A stretch of DNA of 41,933 nucleotides from Atractiella rhizophila (Eukaryota): assembly GCA_021432655.1 (NCBI GenBank), contig MU271582.1, positions 1 through 41,933 of the forward strand, read 5' to 3'. Position numbers and translations under genes: made by a program. The notes under the pieces are model-generated. The model was not told where the DNA came from. It was given only the letters and a program-made list of their open reading frames with translations, and did not search any database. Below, piece after piece: positions 35,374 through 41,933 of the stretch (its first letter is position 1; each line of letters begins with the position of its first letter).

Positions 35374-37807
35374 GCGGGGCGGACGGCTTTTTCAGCCACC
35401 CCGTCCCGCCACCGTTGGCACTTCCTTTCCAGGCGACGGACGGGATTGGTGGACGGCACCCTGCCGTCCTTAATCACCAACCTCTTTTGAAGACGGCTGA
35501 GACGGTGTGAGACGGCTAGTTGTGGGGTTAACCGGGGCTTGAAGCAGTCAAAGGTTCGTGGTTCAGATCACACTTCAGGAATATTCCAAATATTTGAGGA
35601 AGGCTTCTCACCAGTTCACAGGTTAGTTCTGATACAGTAGTCACGATCTCTCCTTGCGACGTCCTTTAGCGCAGCCTCCAGCTCCTCGTCATCTCAATTT
35701 CAGGACTTTCATCAGAGCTACACGAAAGCTTCCCGCCTTCATAACGAATCTCGACCTCTCCCTCCATCGTCCTCCAGACAATCCAAGCGCAACCTTCTGA
35801 TTTTCGGTGCTGCTAGCTGCTTGCAAACTAGTTCATTGAGGAGGTTAGTTGGGACACAAAGAGGGCATGATAATTATGATGAACACAACAGCGTTGGGTA
35901 GATGCTCGGCCTCCATTGTCACCCGCAGTGAAGCTTGTGATGGGAAGGACACTGACCAGCTGCTGAATTGGTAGCCACAACCGCCACTATTATGTAGATA
36001 CTACCAAGAACCCGCCACGATCGATATGGGTACACCCGAACGAAGGTTCGCTCTTCATCAGTGTCCAATCCCGCTAGACTGAATAGGTACATTAGATCCA
36101 CAATGGCTACAAGAGCAATTTGGTGGCGGTCCACCAGCAGGAGCAGGAGGTTATAACGCTCCCCCAGCCCCACCTCAACATCAACAGTCTTGGGGTGCTC
36201 CGTCGCCTCAACAACATGGTGGTTACGGTTCCCCTGCCCCGGGTCACGGCGCGGGAGGGTATGGCTCCCCGCCTGCACCAAGTCACTCGCCTTCACTTTC
36301 GTCCGAGCCAAAAGAGAGAGGACACTCGCATACCCAGTCTAAGGACCGAGGCTTCTTTGGAAAGTTAAAGGATAAGGCGATCGGGAGCAAGGAGGAGAGG
36401 GAGCTTAAGAGACAGGAAAGGGAACAGAGAGAACGGTTCGTTTTTTCACCTCCTTTAATTCCAATCTGTTGTGGGTCTTAAGATGAGTTGCTGCCAACAG
36501 GGAGTACATGATCGCTCGTCAGCAAGCCCTGCAACAAAGACAGCAACAGCTCGCCTATCAACAGCAGTATGGGCCGCCTGGTGGTTATGGTGGTGGTTAT
36601 GGAGGAGGTTACGGTGGAGGGTATGGTGGAGGAGGATACGGACGGAGCGGAGGAGGTTTCGGCGGTGGAAGCGCTTTGCCCCTTGCTGCTGGACTCGCTG
36701 GCGGACTTCTACTGGGAGAGGCGATTGGAGATGCCGGCGATGACGGTTCGTTTTTCTCTGTACTGTGAAGCATGACCTAACATCACATCTCAAAGGCGGA
36801 GACGGTGGTGGAGACGATGGCGGCGGAGAGTAAACTGATATATGGATTTAGCAAATCAAGATATGTCTTATACTAGCTTGTGTGGAGAGACTGTACATTT
36901 ATCAGGTTGAATATTATCTGCTTCCCTACATTCGCTGCAATGCTAGCCGTCGGGTTGACAAGGGGGACACCATTCAACCATTGTGGTATGATTATAAGAT
37001 GGTATATACACCGAACGGAACGATGTCTGTCTAAACATTATACACATACGAAAGGATGCGAGTTCGAGATCTTAAACGACAGGGTTTTGAGAGAACGACA
37101 TGCAAGGAATGCAAGGAGCCCAACGACAGAACAGGTGAGTCCTCTATTCCTCGTTTGAGTCAGCCAACTGAGTGAATGTGGTTGCAGGTGTTTACGGATC
37201 AAGAAGATTCGTCAACTGACAAAGAGCCCAATGCGGATGGGAAGCAGAAGGTATGCTTGATTTTCTCTGCTGTGCTGGCAACAAGATACTGATGCACTGT
37301 ACAACATGTAGAAAACTGGTGGTGTAACCCGAGGGAAAGCGACGATCAAGTTTTGCTACGAGTCAATCCACAACTAGCATCAGCGGTAGCGGTGGAGCAG
37401 GTGTTCTCTTCGGGCAGAGATGTGATCTCACTTCGCCGTGCTTCTCTCAAGGCTGAGACAATCCGAAAGCTGATGCTGCTACGCTCTTGGTGGATGCTTG
37501 ATAGGAAGAAGGATGGGAAATGGTCCTGGCTTTTTGAGCCATCTTCAGCATCTGTCCAAGGTGACTAGGAGCTTTGGGTTACAAAGCTTTGTTCTCTGTT
37601 TTTTGATATATTTTACAGCAACACAATAATATTATGTCTTCTACACCGTTGACCCGTCCGTCAACAACCCGTCTTGGACCGTCAGCCGCTCCGTCAGCGT
37701 CAAAGGAAGTTGGTGATCAATGCGGTACGGCGACGGTGACGGGTCCAGCCGCCCCCCGCTCCCGCCTCAGCTCAAAAATTCGACGGACGGGACGGTGAAC
37801 AGCCCTA
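35374..37807 (+). mobile_element. Non-autonomous hAT-family DNA transposon remnant
   Basis: hAT dimerisation-domain fragment SAVAVEQVFSSGRDVISLRRASLKAETIRKLM (~37375-37500), GACGG/CCGTC-rich subterminal blocks at 35374-35520 and 37645-37800, and a candidate right TIR ...GGTGAACAGCCCTA. No left TIR is seen. Confidence 0.7.
35887..36833 (+). pseudogene. 5'-truncated, intron-containing copy of the adjacent WW-domain gene
   Basis: Near-identical to 38252-39126, lacks exon 1, and keeps the final exon GDGGGDDGGGE-stop. Confidence 0.75.
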
Positions 37808-37927
37808 TTTCAGATAAAAACCACACTTCATTACGACAGCCACCTCCACTTCATTCAGCCAGCTTCAGCTCATTAGCACACTCGCTCTCGCTAGGACTCG
37901 CCGAAGAATCGAAGGAGAGCTCCAGAA

Positions 37928-39126
37928 ATGTCATTCGCACCACCCCAGGTCCTCCTGGAGGTGCACCAGACGAGGAACTGCCACCCGGGTGGAAGAAGGA
38001 ATGGGACGCGAAGTAAGTCATCCCTTTGGAGAGTTACTATTACTAGTATGGGACGTCGTTGTTTGTTATGCGGTGCTTGCGACTGCTACTGCCCCACTGC
38101 TCTGATCTGGCAGGCTGACAATATCCACTCAAGTCATTACCGGCTTTGCTGCCAAAATTACTGCATGCAGCAGACATACCCTTTCACCTTGAAGGATACC
38201 CCATTCTTCAAAAGAAAGTTCTCTTACAAGAGGAGAGACCTCCAACGAAATAACAGCGTTGGGTAGATGCTCGGCCTCCAATGTCACCCGCAGTGAAGCT
38301 TTGTGATGGGAAGGACACTGACCAGCTGCTGAATTGGTAGCCACAACCGCCACTATTATGTAGATACTACCAAGAACCCGCCACGATCGATATGGGTACA
38401 CCCGAACGAAGGTTCGCTCTTCATCAGTGTCCAATCCCGCTAGACTGAATAGGTACATAGATCCACAATGGCTACAAGAGCAATTTGGTGGCGGTCCACC
38501 AGCAGGAGCAGGAGGTTATAACGCTCCCCCAGCCCCACCTCAACATCAACAGTCTTGGGGTGCTCCGTCGCCTCAACAACATGGTGGTTACGGTTCCCCT
38601 GCCCCGGGTCACGGCGCGGGAGGGTATGGCTCCCCGCCTGCACCAAGTCACTCGCCTTCACTTTCGTCCGAGCCAAAAGAGAGAGGACACTCGCATACCC
38701 AGTCTAAGGACCGAGGCTTCTTTGGAAAGTTAAAGGATAAGGCGATCGGGAGCAAGGAGGAGAGGGAGCTTAAGAGACAGGAAAGGGAACAGAGAGAACG
38801 GTTCGTTTTTCACCTCCTTTAATTCCAATCTGTTGTGGGTCTTAAGATGAGTTGCTGCCAACAGGGAGTACATGATCGCTCGTCAGCAAGCCCTGCAACA
38901 AAGACAGCAACAGCTCGCCTATCAACAGCAGTATGGGCCGCCTGGTGGTTATGGTGGTGGTTATGGAGGAGGTTACGGTGGAGGGTATGGTGGAGGAGGA
39001 TACGGACGGAGCGGAGGAGGTTTCGGCGGTGGAAGCGCTTTGCCCCTTGCTGCTGGACTCGCTGGCGGACTTCTACTGGGAGAGGGCGATTGGAGATGCC
39101 GGCGATGACGGTTCGTTTTTCTCTGT
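37928..39126 (+). CDS. WW-domain, Gly/Gln-rich protein (Wwm1-like), runs into the assembly gap
   Basis: ELPPGWKKEWDA, intron, then YYYVDTTKNPPRSIWVHP, RGFFGKLKDK, GGGY repeats and LAGGLLLG. Single-base homopolymer indels (near 37945 and 39085) may be sequencing errors. Confidence 0.78.
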
Positions 39127-39151
39127 NNNNNNNNNNNNNNNNNNNNNNNNN
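39127..39151. other. Assembly gap (25 N)
   Basis: N run. The 3' ends of both flanking convergent genes appear to be missing, so the real gap is probably longer. Confidence 0.98.
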
Positions 39152-40490
39152 TTTGACGTTATAGGTGGAAGATTATCGTTCGACAAAACTTGGGAAAAAC
39201 TGACTGGTCTTGATTGAAAGCCATGTGATATGCTGGGAAAATTTCTTTTGGCAGGACATGCACTGATACTATGGCGAGGGAACTAAACTGAGTGGCATGC
39301 CCCTGACAGGTGAAGCATACGCACATCCGGTAGTACTGATGAAGTCTTGGTGAGCACCACCATCTGGCCGTCTGCGAAGCTCAAAGGTGTTCAAGAGTTT
39401 GTTGACATTCAGCTGATCGCGGCTCTGCTCGGACACACGACTTATCAACGGGTGGATTCCAGCAAAAAGGGAACGAGACACACCACTTCCTGCATATCGC
39501 GATCGAGGACGTCCCTCCACAGCTGAACGGTTTCCGGCTTAGATACGATGTGAAAAAAGCCTGTTTCCCGCTCAACCACATTTTGCGCGTAAAAGACAGG
39601 TTTTACGGACCGGTGTTGACTTGGTAAGCTGTTTCTTCTTGTATCTGGAAGTCGAAGCTTCCCAACGGCTTCATGTGTTCGTATGGATTTCTTCGCAGTC
39701 ATCAGTTCACGCTAAGGAATCGTCAAGAGGAATGGAGACTTACGACCTGAAATAGACATCCGAGTCAACGAAAAAGGTGTCTCTTCCGCTCTCGAGAATC
39801 TCGATAAGACCTGTTCTCTGCATCAGCACAACATTCAGGAAGAGCAGGAGTAGCGACGAACCCATGAGTTTTGGCCATGTAAACGTCTTTATAATTTCAG
39901 GCTTCCCTTCGCGATATCCTCCGAAACAAAACCATCCCATCTCCTCGCATGCGATATCGCACAATTCGTCCATGCAAAACGTAATGAGTGTGGTCTTGCG
40001 CTTGTTCCTTCTGTTCAAAACGTGTTGAATGAAGTGTTGCATATGAGCCGTGCCTTGCTTGATGAAGTCAGAGGAAGAGATGGTGAGCCAAAGAATGGGA
40101 CGATCGTCTTCTCTCCCTGTTGTCCAGCGAGATAACGGGAAGTGCTTTTCGAGGTAATCGGGGAAAGGCTCTCCATATTCCGATACTCTCGGTATCGGTA
40201 TTCCTTCGTTCGGATCGAAGAAGAGTGCGGAAGGGAGGAACGAGCGCAGAAAGAACATGGCGATAACAATGAGGGTGAAAGCGCCCAGCCACTGGATATA
40301 GCGTCTAGACTTCCCCTTCCAGCCTGAGCTCGATCCGACGAAAAGAGGATTGTAACCATGCGACTGGGAACTGTGGGAGGACACATTTGAGCTCCTTGGA
40401 GAGGAAACCTGGTCGAAATTCGACTTAGCAGTCTCAATGAAGGACTCGAGGCTCCGTTGAGCTGTTTTCAGCGGGATGTAGCTTCCCATG
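39152..40490 (-). CDS. Type II membrane nucleotide-diphospho-sugar transferase (GT-A fold), multi-exon, 3' end in the gap
   Basis: N-terminal TM segment WLGAFTLIVIAMFFL, then LITFCMDE..C, TWPK, DxD motif FFVDSDVYFR, VNTGFFHI and RDQLNVNKLL. Confidence 0.82.
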
Positions 40491-41264
40491 ATCCGCACTC
40501 GCCGGCGATGGAGTGAGCTGGAGGCGATATGCTTAGATAAAAGCTGAACTGCGCCTTCTAGCCTTGGTCGCAGTCGTACTTGGGCTGGTGGCCTTTAAGA
40601 AGACGGAATATGGAATACTGCCGTCCACTCGCCAAGACTTTCTTCCCATTCCGGACCGAGGTTTCCACAACGAGAGCTGCCCAAAGGCAGGATCGACAGG
40701 AAAAAGGACATCGAGCGACACGATTGGTTGCATAATAGTAAGGGTTGACCACGTTAAGCAGTAAAATCATGATTCTAATTGGTCAACACCCCTTGATCGG
40801 GGCGGTGCACAGACTCGGCATCGAAAGCCAAAAATTTCAAATACCTGAACATTGACGCTGTTTGGTGAAGTAAAAGGAGAAAGAATGTTGGCAGTATGGC
40901 TGACAGCTGAGTTGAGATTGGGAAATGGCTACTAGTAGGGGGTAACGTGAAGGTGTGCGATCCCTCAGTATCATTAGTTGTGAGTATTTTGTTGCCCTCC
41001 TAGTCTGTCCACCGTCCCAGGAATGAAGTCCATAACAGATCAAGTGGGAATCAGACACTGATCATGAATATTACGATGAGAGTGCATAGAAGTTTTTCAC
41101 GCCTTTTATCGTCTACATTGTCGCCAAAGAAATAGTAGAAAAGACTGTTTTATTATTGCGTAGGTCGTAGGGACAACATGTATATGACATCACCAAATGC
41201 ACAAAAATGGAAAGTCCGTAACAGCATCAAAATTAACCAATGTCCTTGTCCATCGTGCAGAAGC

Positions 41265-41870
41265 TCAGTGGCGCACCAGTGGGCCAAAATTCCCTTCCAG
41301 CTTGTTCTTGTTCCTCCTCTGTTCTTCCCCTCGTTCTCTTGCCTTTTTCAAACCTCTCAATCTATCCAAGAACCCGAGGAGCGAACTTTCCTCGAACGTA
41401 TCGACCAAGAGGTCTTGAGACCGTCGACGGAGATCTTGGGAACTAAATGACACAACATTAGACCCAAACAATGCGAAACTGAGTAGCCTAGTGTACCTAT
41501 GTGACGCATGCATCTTTTTAATTACACCTTTCTTCTTCTTCCGCTCTCTGGACCTACCCGTAGCGTTGCTTTCACGAGTTGAGGGAACGACTGCACGGGA
41601 CGATGCAAGCGAAGGACGAGGAACGGGAGAACCAGCCGCAGGTATCGCGCGATGGTTTGGATAATAAGAATCTGGTCTAGCATGCATTGAATCTGGCCGA
41701 GAATTTGATGCTTGTATGGGTGAAGCGGACCTTCCATGACGAGGAACATATATCTGATTGTCGTCTCGCCTGTACGACCTGATGGACGGAAAGGATGGCA
41801 TGGGAGGTGCCACGGAGGGCTCGTGATGAACTGGTCGATAGAGTGACGGGGCAGATCTTGATGCTAATGC
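41265..41870 (-). CDS. 3' exons of an unidentified Pro/Ser/Arg-rich protein starting beyond the window
   Basis: Long low-complexity open frame bounded by plausible splice sites. No recognisable domain. Confidence 0.4.
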   Translation of the reverse strand, partial: ALASRSAPSLYRPVHHEPSVAPPMPSFPSIRSYRRDDNQIYVPRHGRSASPIQASNSRPDSMHARPDSYYPNHRAIPAAGSPVPRPSLASSRAVVPSTRESNATGRSRERKKKKGVIKKMHASHRYTRLLSFALFGSNVVSFSSQDLRRRSQDLLVDTFEESSLLGFLDRLRGLKKARERGEEQRRNKNKLEGNFGPLVRH

Positions 41871-41933
41871 TATAAAAAAAATTATTTTGTTGTTTTCCAA
41901 ATTGTGCGATGACGCGTACCTGAAGTCGTTAAA

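Overview
This is the left end of a fungal chromosome, most likely a basidiomycete: (CCCTAA)n telomere, 45-55 nt GT-AG introns and an MP88-type mannoprotein gene. The telomere is joined directly into the last exon of a cleanly spliceable six-exon gene (2790 to 88, 819 aa). That gene fuses a gasdermin-like N-terminal domain (inferred from motifs) to a patatin-like phospholipase. The terminal ~31 kb is an accessory zone. It holds degenerate Crinkler (CRN)-type REase/kinase genes, including two copies of a 3.5-4 kb duplication that share the C-terminal exons but have different N-terminal header exons joined at a phase-1 intron. It also holds a full-length but disabled Ty1/copia element whose LTRs contain a hairpin and telomere repeats, two satellites, and decayed copies of Bud4/anillin-like and condensin Ycg1 genes. 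Further in are an MP88-like GPI mannoprotein gene, a hAT remnant enclosing a copy of the neighbouring WW-domain gene, an assembly gap and a nucleotide-diphospho-sugar transferase gene. All family calls come from reading motifs by eye, with no database searches.
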